Of a stretch of 43,507 bases of DNA, positions 12,623 through 24,600 are shown in pieces. A program made the position numbers and the translations under genes. The first letter of the stretch is position 1, and every line of letters starts with the position of its first letter. The notes under the pieces were generated by a model. It saw only the letters and a list, made by a program, of their open reading frames with translations. It had not been told where the DNA came from and made no database searches. This stretch comes from Reclinomonas americana ATCC 50394 (Eukaryota): assembly GCA_048213135.1 (NCBI GenBank), contig PS015160.1, positions 21,053 to 64,559 of the forward strand. Reading direction: 5' to 3'.

Positions 12623-13837
12623 TTACAATATCGTGCAGCAGCACTGCGAGTCATCCTGCTGCACGTAGTACACCTGCTGCTGCTGCCTGCCTGCCTGCGG
12701 TCCGTATGCATACGCGTAGCCGCCACCACCGCCACCACCGGCCAGCAGCGGCACGTTGAGGTTGCCGCCTCCAGCCGGCATCCACTGCCGCGTGTCGCCT
12801 GCGGTGTAGTAGTACGCTGCCGCCTGCTGCTGCTGCTGGCCCATCATCATCATTCCGCCGCCACCGTATCCGCCGCCGCCACCACCACCACCACCACCAA
12901 TGACCCCGCGGGTCAGCTGCCGCACGCCGGCGAACCGAAAGTCGGTGACCTGCTGCTGGTCGAGCGAGAAGAACCAGCGGTTGAAGGTGGCCAGGAGGAT
13001 CTTGATGGTGTGGTCGGAGAAGGAGTACGAGAAGAAGCGGTCGCGCTGGATCATCTTGACGCGGTTGGCCTCCTCGCGGTAGTCGTCGGTGTTGTCGAAA
13101 TTCAAAATCTGCCCATCCCACGCATCCAGGTACGCCATGTCCTCCTCGTCGTCGGTGCACTCGGCAAACGACACGTGAATCGTCGGGTCGCCATTCGTCA
13201 GCGAGTACAGCGTGCCAAAGAGCGCCTCCCGTCCCTCACTCGGCTCCCCGTCCGTAATCACCACAATCAGCAGCATGGTGCCGGGCTCCCTTTTCGGCGC
13301 CGACGCCGCCACGCCCTTCACCGCGCGCGAAATGTGCGTATTCCCGCTCGGCGGCCGCGCAAAGGCCGCCGCCAGACGCACATCCTGCACCGAGGTGACT
13401 TGCGGCACGGGTGCGCGATTCAAAAACGACACATTGACCGGGAAACCCGAGGTAGCCGTCGCCACCTCGATGATTTTCGCCACCAGCTTTTGCAGCTCGA
13501 GCCACCTCGTGGAAGTTTTCGGCACAAACGCGCCCACTCCGTCCTCCGCAATCACGTTCATCATGGAGGTGGAGTCGTCGCAAATGATCTCAATGTGCAC
13601 GCGTGTGAGAATGCGCAGTGCGTCGGCGACAAAGGGCGGCAGTTCCCAGCGTTCCACCAGTGAGTCATAGGCGCTCTGCTGGACCGGCGGTTGTGGTTGA
13701 GGTGGAGGCGGAGGTGGCGGAGGCGGCTGTGGTTGCATCATGGCAGGTGTGGGCATTGCGGAGGGTGCGGCCGCGACGGAGGTGGGTGGTGGTGCCAGAA
13801 GAGGAGCGGAGGGTGCGTAGGGTGAGTAGGGGTCCAT
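12623..13837 (-). CDS. Intronless VWA-domain protein with P/Q-rich N-terminus, G/Y/Q-rich tail and C-terminal CCCTIL
   Basis: MIDAS elements DDSTSM, GNT and ITDGEP; uninterrupted ORF; ATG at 13837 (MDPYSPY) preferred over the upstream ATG. Confidence 0.85.
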   Translation of the reverse strand: MDPYSPYAPSAPLLAPPPTSVAAAPSAMPTPAMMQPQPPPPPPPPPQPQPPVQQSAYDSLVERWELPPFVADALRILTRVHIEIICDDSTSMMNVIAEDGVGAFVPKTSTRWLELQKLVAKIIEVATATSGFPVNVSFLNRAPVPQVTSVQDVRLAAAFARPPSGNTHISRAVKGVAASAPKREPGTMLLIVVITDGEPSEGREALFGTLYSLTNGDPTIHVSFAECTDDEEDMAYLDAWDGQILNFDNTDDYREEANRVKMIQRDRFFSYSFSDHTIKILLATFNRWFFSLDQQQVTDFRFAGVRQLTRGVIGGGGGGGGGGYGGGGMMMMGQQQQQAAAYYYTAGDTRQWMPAGGGNLNVPLLAGGGGGGGYAYAYGPQAGRQQQQVYYVQQDDSQCCCTIL

Positions 13838-14031
13838 GGATGGCGGGGAGGAGGGACGGAATGGAAAGGAAAAGGTGCGTGGGACAGCATGCATATACAT
13901 TTATCCGATTGTTGACTTCGCCATCCGTCGTGCGCCCCTCTCGCAGCGCATGCACACATATCAGTGATTTGCTGAAATCACTTCGCGACACCTCCACCCG
14001 TGTCTTTTCTCCACCCGTCACTTCACTTTCT

Positions 14032-17000
14032 TCACACCATTCCCAGATCCTCGAAATCCTCATCGTCGTCCCTGTCCTCGTCGACCTCACGCAGCGGCAA
14101 TCCACTCGGTCGCACCAACGACAGTCGCCCACTGCTGCGCCCGCTACTCTGCGCACGCGCACTGGGCGCGGCCGATGATCGCCCACCGTAGCTTCCGCTA
14201 CTCGTTCGACTGTGCGTCACCGATGCCTGGCGACCGCTCCCACTCGCACTACCACTGCCACTGCGTCCCGACAGCTTGCTGGTGACGTTGGTGGCGGCGT
14301 TGTTCTCCTGCTCCATCTCGCCAAGACCAATATTAACGGCGGCGACGGCAGCCTCGAGACTCAACAGCTCGGCCGACGGCGAGCGGCGCAAAACGGGCCC
14401 GGCACTTGCCGACCGATGGAAGCGCGGGCGAGGTGGCACGCGGTCCGCAAAGCGAGCATGCAGCCGGTATTGTTCCAGCTGGAACTGCAGCTCCTGGTAG
14501 TCGGCGCGCATCTTCTCCTGGTACGGCACTCCGTTGTAGGAGAGGACGCAGCCGAGGTCAATGAACATGGCCTTGGCGCACTCGGTGCAGCTCTGTGTCG
14601 ACGTGCGCAGCACCAAGAGCAGCTTGTGTCGCTTGGTCTCCTCCTCCAAGCGCGCATTGCCCTTGCCGCCCTTGCGGAGCCGCCTGCATGTCACAGTTCA
14701 GCGGGCGAGTGAAGGCACGCGTTCAGCAGATGACACACACCGTGGATCCATGATCGTCAACTCGAAACTCTCGAGCATACGCAGCGCCTTTTCTCTTGCC
14801 AGTACCATCTCTGTGGCCTCGCTCCAGTAGATGAAAGCGCGCTCAATCGCCACCATGTCTTGTCGTCCACGCACTGCTTCGCGATGCGCCGCGCGCTCCT
14901 TGACCGGCATCAGCAACATCTCCCACATGTCCTCCAGGCGCTGACAGTACTGATCAAAGGCCTGTCGATCAAACGGTCGCTCACGCATCTGGGCGATGCG
15001 GAGCAGTCGTCGAGAGACCACACTGCTGGCCGTGGATCCCGACGTTGCCGCTGCCGCTTTGACGACCTTGGAAGTGGCGGCCGCCAGCAACATGCGACCC
15101 GCTGCGCCACGGTATAGAGAAATGAGACAACAAAGGGCGCGAGGACAGACACAAATGAGTGAACGCACGATCCGCGGCATTGGCTATGACGCTGTGCTTG
15201 TCGTCAAGTGAACGAGCAGCGCTTCCGGCCTTTTGCACGAGAGCGTCCACTTTGGAGGGATCGCGAGCCGAAGACTCTGCGGACGGCGGCTTCACCGCCG
15301 CACGCCGCATACGGTCGATTCGCGCATCCAGCTCCTCCAGCGACAGGTATTCCACTGTCGAAAAATTGGCAAATGAGAAGAAGCGAAAACCGGCTGCACA
15401 GCGAAGAAAAAGGCGCAACATCGCGGTGTGGCAAACACCGAGGTGGAGGTGCTCTCCGAGCCGAAATCATCACCCAGACCCTGCTTCAGGAGACGCATGC
15501 GAACGGCTTCCAGCAGCGCACGCCGACCGTAGTACTTGCTGTTGTAGGCAACACCCTCGTCTATTATCAGATGAGTAGGAATTAGCAGCCGAGGCACACA
15601 GTCATGAACAGGAAAGCAAAGCGACGACGCACTGTCACCCTCGGCGTACACCCATTCGCCGTACAGCAAGTGGCACATGAATTGCTGTGCACGTGAGAGG
15701 TTGCCGCGGTTGGGCATCGCGTCGCCGCGCGCATTCATGGATCGATACATGCGCAGTGAATCTGCCGACACGTGAATGAGAAAACGCAGCACATGAATCA
15801 TCGTGGAGGCGTCCGCAATCGCTGCCACTCACCAGGTTCGTCGTTCTGAGTCTGCATGTAGTGCCCGACCAACACCATGCCCTGCACAAAAGAGTAGCTC
15901 AGCATGAAGGAAGCACATGCAGAGATGCAGTGGTCGCTCTGCTCACCTGTCGGTGCATGGTGATGACCTTGGTGAGCGCTCGCTGTACCGACGCACAGGT
16001 CATTTGGTACCGCGCGCGTGTATCCTCATCCAGGAACGCAATGTAGCACTGAATGACTGCATACAAGTCGTCCAACTCCGACAGCTCATCCTACGGCATC
16101 TCGATCGTCAGTCACACAACCACCGCTCATCGCCCTTCTCCTCCAACTCACCATCACCAAATCGCTCTCCAACTGTACGCGCAGTCGTTCCACCACCGCA
16201 TTGTATTCGCACAGAGCACGCAAATGGACGGGCAGCGCCGAGTTGAACAGGTTGCGCATACGCAAATCCATCATCAGCAGCAACTCGGCACCCTTGGCCC
16301 ATGTCCTGCGTAACACAAACACCTCGGTGAGAAGGAAGCTGGCTCTCTCTCACTCTCCCTCTTCACGCACACACCTCTTGAGTGTGGTTGTGCGGGCGCG
16401 GCGGAAATCAACATTGGCCAGCGTGTGCAGCAAGGCGTGCCGATATGTGCGATCTTCCGGATTGGAGAGGGGCTGTGGCCGAGACACTGAGGCGCTGAGT
16501 TTCGGAAAGGAGCAACTACGTACAGCAGCGACGGTGACGCACACTGCCTGGTCGGAGCTGCCTGTCGTGTGTCGCTTGGTCGTCGCGATTCTCCCAGTCG
16601 TCGTCGTCGGACGGCAGAGTCTGCCGGGTGTTCCACGAGGACATGCCGATCGACACTTCAGAGATATTGCGCGCGTGCCCTGCGAGTCGCACACACCATG
16701 AGAATTCGTATGATCCCCAGCCACCCACACGAAATGCAAGACGCACCTGAACCGCGCATCGGGCCCGACGTCTGAGACATGAAGCTGACATCTGTGACGA
16801 CAATGTAAATCGATAGCACGGCAAACAGTAAGCAGCGCACACTCAAGCCGAACCGCCAGGTACGAGAGACGAACTCCGCGAGTGGAAACCACCTGTTCAC
16901 ATATGATGAGTGCCGTCCAGCGAGCTGTGTCTTTCTCTCTCGGGCCTCACCACTGGCGCCGAGAACGGATGGAGATCGCGCATGAATGTTAGAGAGATCT

Positions 17001-19596
17001 GGCGGCACGAGTGATGGACTCCTCGAGTGGCCACCTGTGTTGTGCACGAGGGTGGGTCTCACAGAGTCAAGTCAGGGAGAGGTCGCGCAACTCACCTGCC
17101 AGCGACTGTACACGCGAGTGCCCTGAAGATGCTGCCGCTGGTGGTCCTGCAGCAGCAGTGTGAGTCAACTGCACTCAGTTGTCGATTCTACAACGTCACT
17201 ACACACCGTCGGCAGGGACAAACGACGATGACCGCGAATGACCTGCGTACAGGATATATGTGAGCCAGTGTGAAACCGCGGTCGTGATCTTGCGTGTTCA
17301 TCACACACCAGTCGGCACACTCGACTGCGTGCGGGAATGCATGCCTACAAGCACAAGGCTGCGTCAACAATCACGACAGGTGACACATGAGACAACTAGA
17401 AAACAACAGACCTGAGACGGGCGACCCGCCTGCAACACCGACGCAGAGATTCTGTGAGATTCAACAGCTGCGATGGGGGGGAAGCATACACGACGTCTCA
17501 CGCACCAGTGGCCGCAGTGGACGAGGGAGCACGGGGTGTCTCATCCTCGGGTGGTCGCAGCAGCGTTTGTGCGAGGTACACCACAAGCTGCTCCAACGAT
17601 CGCTCCTGGATGTCGGGTGGGTCGTCGGGAGTGATGACGGCTGATACGCACTCGTCAGGCACACAGGAATATGCAGATACGTGACCAGGTTCACACAGGC
17701 ACACGCAACGAAAACCAACTTCCGGATCCAACAGTGGAAGAGAACTTTGACGCGGCAGTGGAACACTGGGGCGGTCGCCTTGCAGTGGTGGCGGCGAGGC
17801 CAGCGGCCCCAGAATCGCTTGGTGCATGGACGAGGCGACGGTATTCGCTGGATGCAAATGCGACGTGTCCAGGTGTGACTCGGTCGCCGCTTGCTCGACC
17901 AGCGACGGCGAGCGAATGAAGTCCGTGGAAAACACGGCCACCGGCTTCCCTGTGCGTGGTGCGTACTTGGCCTGGCCAATCATGGAGGCTGGAAGTCCGG
18001 AGGCGGCTTCCGCCTGCTGGATTCGATCGATGTCGCTACATGGCACGGCGGAGGTGAGAGTTGAGACCACGAGGAAATGACATGCGCTCATCGTCTACGA
18101 GGAACTCACCGAGTCGCCTCAGCCATGACACTCTTTTCGAGGGCGGTCGACAGGCGTCCTACGGGCTGCGTTGGCGGTGGTACCGACTGCGACCTGTTGC
18201 TTGCAGTGCCGTTAACAGAGATTGCAGAGTGTAGTTTTTGTCGCACGCGAGAGACTGCGCCGCCATTGTCCGCGGGCGTCCAGCTGGCGGCGGTGGTGGT
18301 CGTCGTGGCGGTCGTGGCAGTGGTGGTGTTCGACCTTGACAGGTCGAAGGACACCGTGTGGTGCTGCTGCTGTTGCACCTCAGCAGGCACGCGACGAGGT
18401 GGAATCATGGCGGCCACCACTTTGCGCATCACACCATTGTACGCGGCACCGTCTGGCGAATCGGTCACCAGCGACAGCGGCGGCGACGGCGGCGATCCCA
18501 CGCTGCTGTTGCTCCCCATGCCTCCCAGCGGCGGCGACGACGGCGGAGAGGTGGCCAGGAGTGGTGGCGAGCTCGGTGGCGACGAGTACGCCGGAGTCGA
18601 CGCGCCTGTCGAATCCCCTGCACCAGCTGCCGCAGCCGCCGCCGCCTGTCGCTGTGCATTTGTCGGCGACTTGCGCGTACCGATAATGTACTGGTGCAGC
18701 TGTGTTCCGAGAACCGACGTCGGCGACGTGACTCCTGGACCGGCTGCCACGGCCGTCGAGGCGGCATGCTTGATCTGACGCGCCTTCTCCAGCGCCTCCG
18801 GACTCTCCTTCGAACCAATCGCAGTGATCATGTCGCTGATGGACTCGCTGAGGCGGCGCGTAAACGTCGACCGCTGACGACGGCGACCTTTCTTGGTGGC
18901 GCTGCCACCTGCAGCTGCCGATGACGAGGTGGGCGTGCTGGGTCGGTGCGACAGACTGCGCGTGGGCGACGGCGAGGAACCGGTGGGCGAGTCGGGCGAG
19001 TGTCGATTCGAGTTCTCGAGCTGCGCGCGCTGCAACGCGGCAGCGCCCTTCTCGCGGTACTCCATCGTCATGTCGCGTTCCACGTCGCGGCTGGTGAGAC
19101 TGCGGGGAGAGAGGAGAGTGAATATCGAAGACCGTTTCGTTCTGATTGCCGTGCGTTGTGCACGCAACTAGGAGTACATGGCAGTGTCGGCCTTTGCTCT
19201 CGCGCGAATGCGGTTGGCCGCGGGCGAGATCATGCCACGCGAATTCCATCCTGATCACACATATAAAGACAAGTGTCACATCGGCCTCTCAGAGGAATGC
19301 ACGGAGAATGTGAGGGCGAGGGAGCGAGAGGCGCGCAACTGGAGCACAGTTTCTCGCTGAGTCGCACGAGCTCCTCGCGCTTGCCCTCGATTTCCATCTC
19401 CACGCACTCTTGCACGATCCGTTTGTCGACCGCTGACAGCGGCTGGAGAATGGCAAACCGCTCATGTGTGAGTGAGTGAGAGAGACGCGCGCGCGCACAC
19501 GAGTGCGTGTGCGTGTGTGAGAGAGAGTGGCAACGCAACGACATTGAGAGGCACTTTGAGAGGCCCATTGCGTTTCACGGGTTGCGCCTTCTCCAT
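14032..19596 (-). CDS. Large CCDC87-like coiled-coil protein (MAP65/Ase1-related C-terminal domain); multi-exon, middle exons uncertain
   Basis: C-terminal RLEDMWEMLLMP...AREKALRMLESFELTIMDPR|RLRKG...RLEEETKR...GCVLSYNGVPYQEKMRADYQELQFQLEQ resembles CCDC87 (LERLWxxLExP...FExxASNPNRFF...GxPYLDKMxxDxxEMLYWLQQ). The first four exons join in frame from ATG 19596. Confidence 0.7.
15355..15419 (-). other. Intron with shifted donor T|GTTGCGC (CCDC87-like)
   Basis: Only nearby phase-1 GT that joins FATPR to (L)EYLSLEELDARID; 65 nt. Confidence 0.75.
17641..17709 (-). other. Candidate in-frame intron with shifted donor C|GTTGCGT
   Basis: 69 nt, CTGAC branch site, CAG end; not forced by the reading frame. 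Confidence 0.55.
19100..19168 (-). other. Intron 3 of the CCDC87-like gene, shifted donor A|GTTGCGT
   Basis: TA|gttgcgt...cag|T turns a would-be TAG into TAT and enters the long 18106-19099 exon in frame; 69 nt. Confidence 0.8.
19251..19339 (-). other. Intron 2 of the CCDC87-like gene, shifted donor A|GTTGCGC
   Basis: A|...cag|GA gives KLCSRWNSRG in a frame compatible with intron 3; 89 nt. Confidence 0.75.
19443..19539 (-). other. Intron 1 of the CCDC87-like gene, shifted donor C|GTTGCGT
   Basis: Joins MEKAQPVKRNGPLKVPLNV to PLSAVDKRIVQEC; 97 nt, CA/CT-rich. Confidence 0.75.
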
Positions 19597-19829
19597 CGAA
19601 AACAACGACAATGAATGGTGTGACGCACACATCGAGTTTGTCCGATTCAAGAATATCGAGATCTTGCGACGTCGTCAACGCAGCTGTGCTCGGTGAATAG
19701 GCCCAACCATTAAACAACGATACAAGCGCCCGTGTGGATAGAAGCAGCGATATTTCGGATCTTATCTCACGAACTGAAGCATGGCATCGCGCGCGATCGT
19801 TGGACAAGCGCCGGGGCAGTCAAAGAGTC

Positions 19830-20600
19830 TCCAGTGCATCCCTGAGCTCGAAAAAGAGACCATCTATCAAAGAAAGGGCGTATACTGGCAGTCGGCAACG
19901 GGAACTGCAGCTGCTTCAGGAGTTGTCTCCCAACTTCGAAGAAAGACACCAGGTGCACGCGTGGCGGGCGTTGGACGGTTTCAGCAGGTCGTCTGCAAGT
20001 GTAGTGCAAGCAGCAGGAACTGCAGGAAAGACAGAGAGTCGAGAAGATGACAGGCAAATCCCACCCGGAATAAGAAAGACACAGAGGTCACGACTGAGCA
20101 AGCTCTGGCCATAGTCGTTGGAGCTGAAAGCACAAAGTGGCGAAGGCAAGAGCAGCTTCGAAACGCTGTCAATCTTGAGAGTGTATGTAACCCCAGGATC
20201 AACAAAGCAGAAGCGGAAAAGACAGAAAGTGAATCAGCTTTTGAGAAGCTGGCCACGAACCAGAAACCGCAGCGCGACAAGAAACCACAAAATGGTGGAG
20301 ACAGACGCTGAAACAGCTGCAGGAAGTCGACACCACGTAGCGCAAGCGCCGGGAACCCGAAGAAAAAAGACACACATCGGTGGAGGCAAGTGCAGCTTCG
20401 AAAGGCTGCTGATCTTGATTGCGAAGTAAAGCCCAAGAACAAGAAAGCGGTGGAGACAGAAGCTGAAACAGCTGCAAGATGTCGACTGCAAGCACCTGGA
20501 TCCCGAAGAAGAGAGACACACACATGTGGTCAAGCGTTGATCATGACTGCTTCAAGAAGTCATGAAAAACATCATGAAGAAAGACACACACAGTGGCAAG
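19830..20600. repeat. Degenerate intergenic repeat array
   Basis: GGTGGAGACAGA(C/A)GCTGAAACAGCTGCA at about 20294 and 20449; GGCAAG(A/T)GCAGCTTCGAAA at about 20144 and 20385; a GAAGAAAGACAC-like word recurs about six times. Confidence 0.7.
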
Positions 20601-20672
20601 CGTAGAGAGAACCACACACTTGACCTCATACTTACTCATACACTCCCTTCTCTCCCCCTGTCCATCGCTCTC

Positions 20673-21117
20673 TCAATCCTTGCGAATGGAGAACGCGCGA
20701 AACGTGACCGTGGCAATCTCCCGCTGCTCGCTAATCACACACTCATCGATGCGCGACTTGGGTGAGCCCTTGGTGCGCAACCACGTGGCAAACTGTTGCA
20801 TCTGTGCGGCCTCGCCCTGTGCTTCGCCCTCCACACTGCCACTGCTCGTGTTGCGCACCCATCCCACGAGGCCCAACTGTGAGAGTGAGTGAGTGAGTGT
20901 GTGAGCGAGTGAGAGAGAGAGAGAGAGAGCAGCAGCAGATCACGTCGTGGAGAGACCTTTTCTGCGGTCTTGTGAGTGTGCTTGCGGAAGAAGACACCTG
21001 TGGGAGCGATCAGTGAGAGTGAGTGACGCAACAAGCTTTGTTGTCGCGCTCACCTTGCACCTTGCCAAACACCTCATACCGGAAGTGCTGCAGAGCCGAC
21101 GCTGATCCACTGGCCAT
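20673..21117 (-). CDS. ACYP: Acylphosphatase, two introns
   Basis: YEVFGKVQ-G-VFFRKHTHKTAEK|LGLVGWVRNTSSGSVEGEAQG...WLRTKGSPKSRID...FSIRKD*; both family signatures present. Confidence 0.95.
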
Positions 21118-21682
21118 GATTACCACCACAGTTGCCACTGTCACCACCAGGAGGAGGAGGAGAACGCGAGAGAGTGGTGTCGTCTTTGGAAGGGGATTCG
21201 AAGATCGATTTGTCCCACGGCGCAGTTGTCTGAGACGTCGCCTGCTGCTTCCATCGCCATCAAGGCTAAGAGTAGAATGGCATAGACTTAGGGGTGCTGT
21301 TGGCTGCAACCTGTGTCGTCAACATGCATGACTGATTTTCGATATATCGATATTCGGATTCGAATTCATTGCGACGTCGACATGCACGTTGTACACGAGC
21401 TTCTGCTGCAAGAACGACAGAGACCGTGTCGCTTCTTGTTTTCGGTGTGCAGTGCGACTCGTCAAGGCTTCTGCACCAGCTCGAGAGCGACAATATCGAA
21501 CACCAATGCAACTGAGCCAGTTTTGGCTCCGACGTCACCTACGCATGGCCACGGCGACCAAGCAAGCCGACAGCCCACTCCATCTATCCTCTTGCTAATC
21601 GGCGTCCTGGCTACCACCCTCGCACGTGGAGACAGTGATCCACAAACGTCAGAGGACAATTGCAAGATCGTGATTGTGTTGC

Positions 21683-24600
21683 ATGGAGGAGTCGGAAGAG
21701 GCCGTGGCTGCGCGCACTCTTGTCGCCGAGTGCTGTCGCAAGTTCTACCGCGGCGAGGCCACACTCGTCTGCTTTGTTGTCGCCGTCACAGACGCTGGCA
21801 TGGTCAGTCTTTCTCCCTCCCTCTCCCTCTCACACTCTGTCTCTCACGTCTTCTCCGTGCCGCAGCTGGGCATCCATGTGGCATACGCAGTGAGTAGTGA
21901 CGACACACCATCGCCAGAGACCGTGGTGCGCGTGGCACAAGAGTGGTTGCATGCGACGTCGTCGTCGGCTTCTGGAGGAGAGGTTTTACACAACGTGGTT
22001 GTCGAGTTGAGCATGGACTCTCCTCCCACTCACTTGATCGCACTGATGCAGCATATCCGCTTCTTGCTGATGCGAGTCGGCCTCTCGCCACTGCTCGTTC
22101 AGTGCGATCAGACACCCGTCAGTGTCACTCCCACGCCCTCGTTGGTTCTCGAACACGTCTGTCGGATGATTGGCTTTGCAGAGGTTCCATTCTTGATGAA
22201 AACACACACGACTATTGTGCAGTGGAGTCTGTCTGCATCACTCACACACACTGTGGTGGAATCGCTCCCAGGCCATGCCTCCCGGGGAGTACGGTATCTT
22301 GTCGTCGGACGAGGAGGTGGCGCAGCAGCTGGAGCGAGTGGCGAATGAGTTGTTGCGGGTGTCGGCTGGAGAGGAGGCTGTGGTGTCACTGGTGACGCAG
22401 TTGTTGGAGAAGCGGGGAGCACCTGTGTCGCGGTATCGTATCTTTCGGGCGCTGACCAAGCTGCGCTCGACGACGGGCAAGGTCGAGCCTACGGCACTGG
22501 CGGATGCGTATGATAGTTCGTCGCCGTCGCCCATGCCCGATGGAGCGCTGGGTCCCTCTCTCATGGCGTCCATGGTGCCGGTGACTGCCTCTCCGCTGGG
22601 AGCCCCACAGTGCGGTGCTGTTGCCGGAGTCGCTGACATGACAGAGGTTGAGAAATCGAGGGAGGGAGGGAGGGTTACATGGCAGCCGCTGCAGTCTGCT
22701 TACTGTCTGCTGGGTAGGTGGCGTTTCGCTATCTGGACAGCCAGCAACTGGTGGTGCCGTCGTCGCTGGTCGAGGTGGCCATCGACATGGTGCAATCGGT
22801 TGCGAGTGAGTCGTATACCACCGAGACGTTTGGGCCCGCCGTGCAGGCATGCATTGCCTCGCTGCCGTACTCGGAGCAGCTGCAAGTTGCGCATCCCACA
22901 AGCACTTATCACGGTATGGGCGGGTGCCTGACTCGCGATTGTGTGAGGCAGACGCTGCATTCGATGTTTGGTGATGTGCTGCCGCACGGGGATATTAGCG
23001 ACTTGGTGGCTGCCACCGACGGCGACTTGGTCATGTCGGTGAGAATGTGCACGCATAAGCTACGCTCGCTCGACCAGGAGGAGTTCCAGTCACAGCTGCA
23101 GGGCGCGGAAGCAATGGGGTGAGTGCGATTTCCCCCTCATCGTCGTGATGAATGGTTTCCAACAATGGTGCGCAGGAGGAGCTTGTCGGCCAGCAACGAA
23201 GCACTTGGCCTGTGCGTGCATCTCCTCTTGCTTTGCACATGTCGCCGTGGCTCATTCGCTCTCCTCGGCACAGACAATTAAAACAGCTGACCACGGAGCT
23301 CGAGACGGCGCGGGTGTACACGTGCGTATGGACGTGGAGTTATGTGCCTGGATGAGTGCCGTCGCTCAGACACACGCACTGCAGTGCCCGTCTCGAACAG
23401 GATATGGCAATGATGCAGGCGCGACTCGTACAGGCATTATCGACAGCAGCGGCAGCAGCGACCGCCGCAGCGCCACCACCATCAAAGTTGCTTGTCACTG
23501 CGGTGATTCTGCATAATTCTGCCACCACTCACCGCGTGTCGCAGAAGCGGCTCTCCGTCGACGGCACGGACAGACGCATCGCGATCTCCACGATCATCTG
23601 CGGCACCGCCGGCCTCGGCTTCCGTCACCGAATCCATGCACGCACTCCTGTCTCGCCTGATGTCGGCCATCAAGGGATCGGCCGATGAGTCGGCTCTCCA
23701 GCGTCGCTTGTTCGTATGCCCCTGCAGTCTAGTGGACGTCGATCGTCGTGTCGCTCACTCGACACACAGGGAAGAAGAAATCCAGCGATACTGCGTGCTG
23801 TTGGAGTGGCCGGCGGAATGGTGCGTCACTTCTGCCTCCTGTCTACCATCGATCTCTGTTTTTCACCCTACGCAAACAACAGGGAACGCGATCCCGATCC
23901 GCATCGGCTGATTCCCATGGGTGAGTCGCTCACTTTGATTTCTGCACTCGCGCTGCACCTCCCTCATCGTCTCTGTGCAGATGCCTCCATGGGCTGCCAG
24001 TTGGTGGAACTCGCCGCCAACGGCGCCGAGTACACGCAGGTGGCAGAGCACTTTGTCAAGTCGCAAGGACCGCGGCAGGAGTTGTACATTCGGCGCATGT
24101 ACCGCATTCAGAACCACGATGTGTATCGTCGGTTCGCCGTGCGAGCTCGTTGCGTTTGATCCATCTTTCCAAGGTCTGATGGTGGTGGCGCCACTGACCG
24201 CGTTTCGTCCATGTTGCAGAGGAGGTGGCAAGAGATGTCGGCAGCAAGACGATCTGGGAGCCTGGTGTGTTGCAAACGCTCTTCCACTGCTCACGAGAAC
24301 CAGAATCGCTGCTGCGCAACGGATTCGACGTGCGCTACGGCCGAGGTGGTCGTTTCGGGGCCGGTGTGTATTTTGCTCTGAATCCACTGCTGAGCAACAA
24401 GTACGTGCCGGCGTGCACGACACACGGGTTTGTGTCGTCTGAGAGCACACGCCCACCACTGCGCCTGCCAGTCTGCTGATCATGATTCGCGCGTGCAGTG
24501 CCCGAGATTGCCACCAGTGCGACAGCATCATGTTCACGGCGGTGGTCGCGTTTGGCAAGTACCACCACATCAGCAGCTTGACATGTGCGTCCCCCTATTC

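Noticed and set aside
22647-22653. G|GTTGAGA counted as a shifted donor
   Set aside because: It follows exonic AG, which already supports degenerate donors here, and lacks T+7. Kept as a possible counter-example rather than as support.
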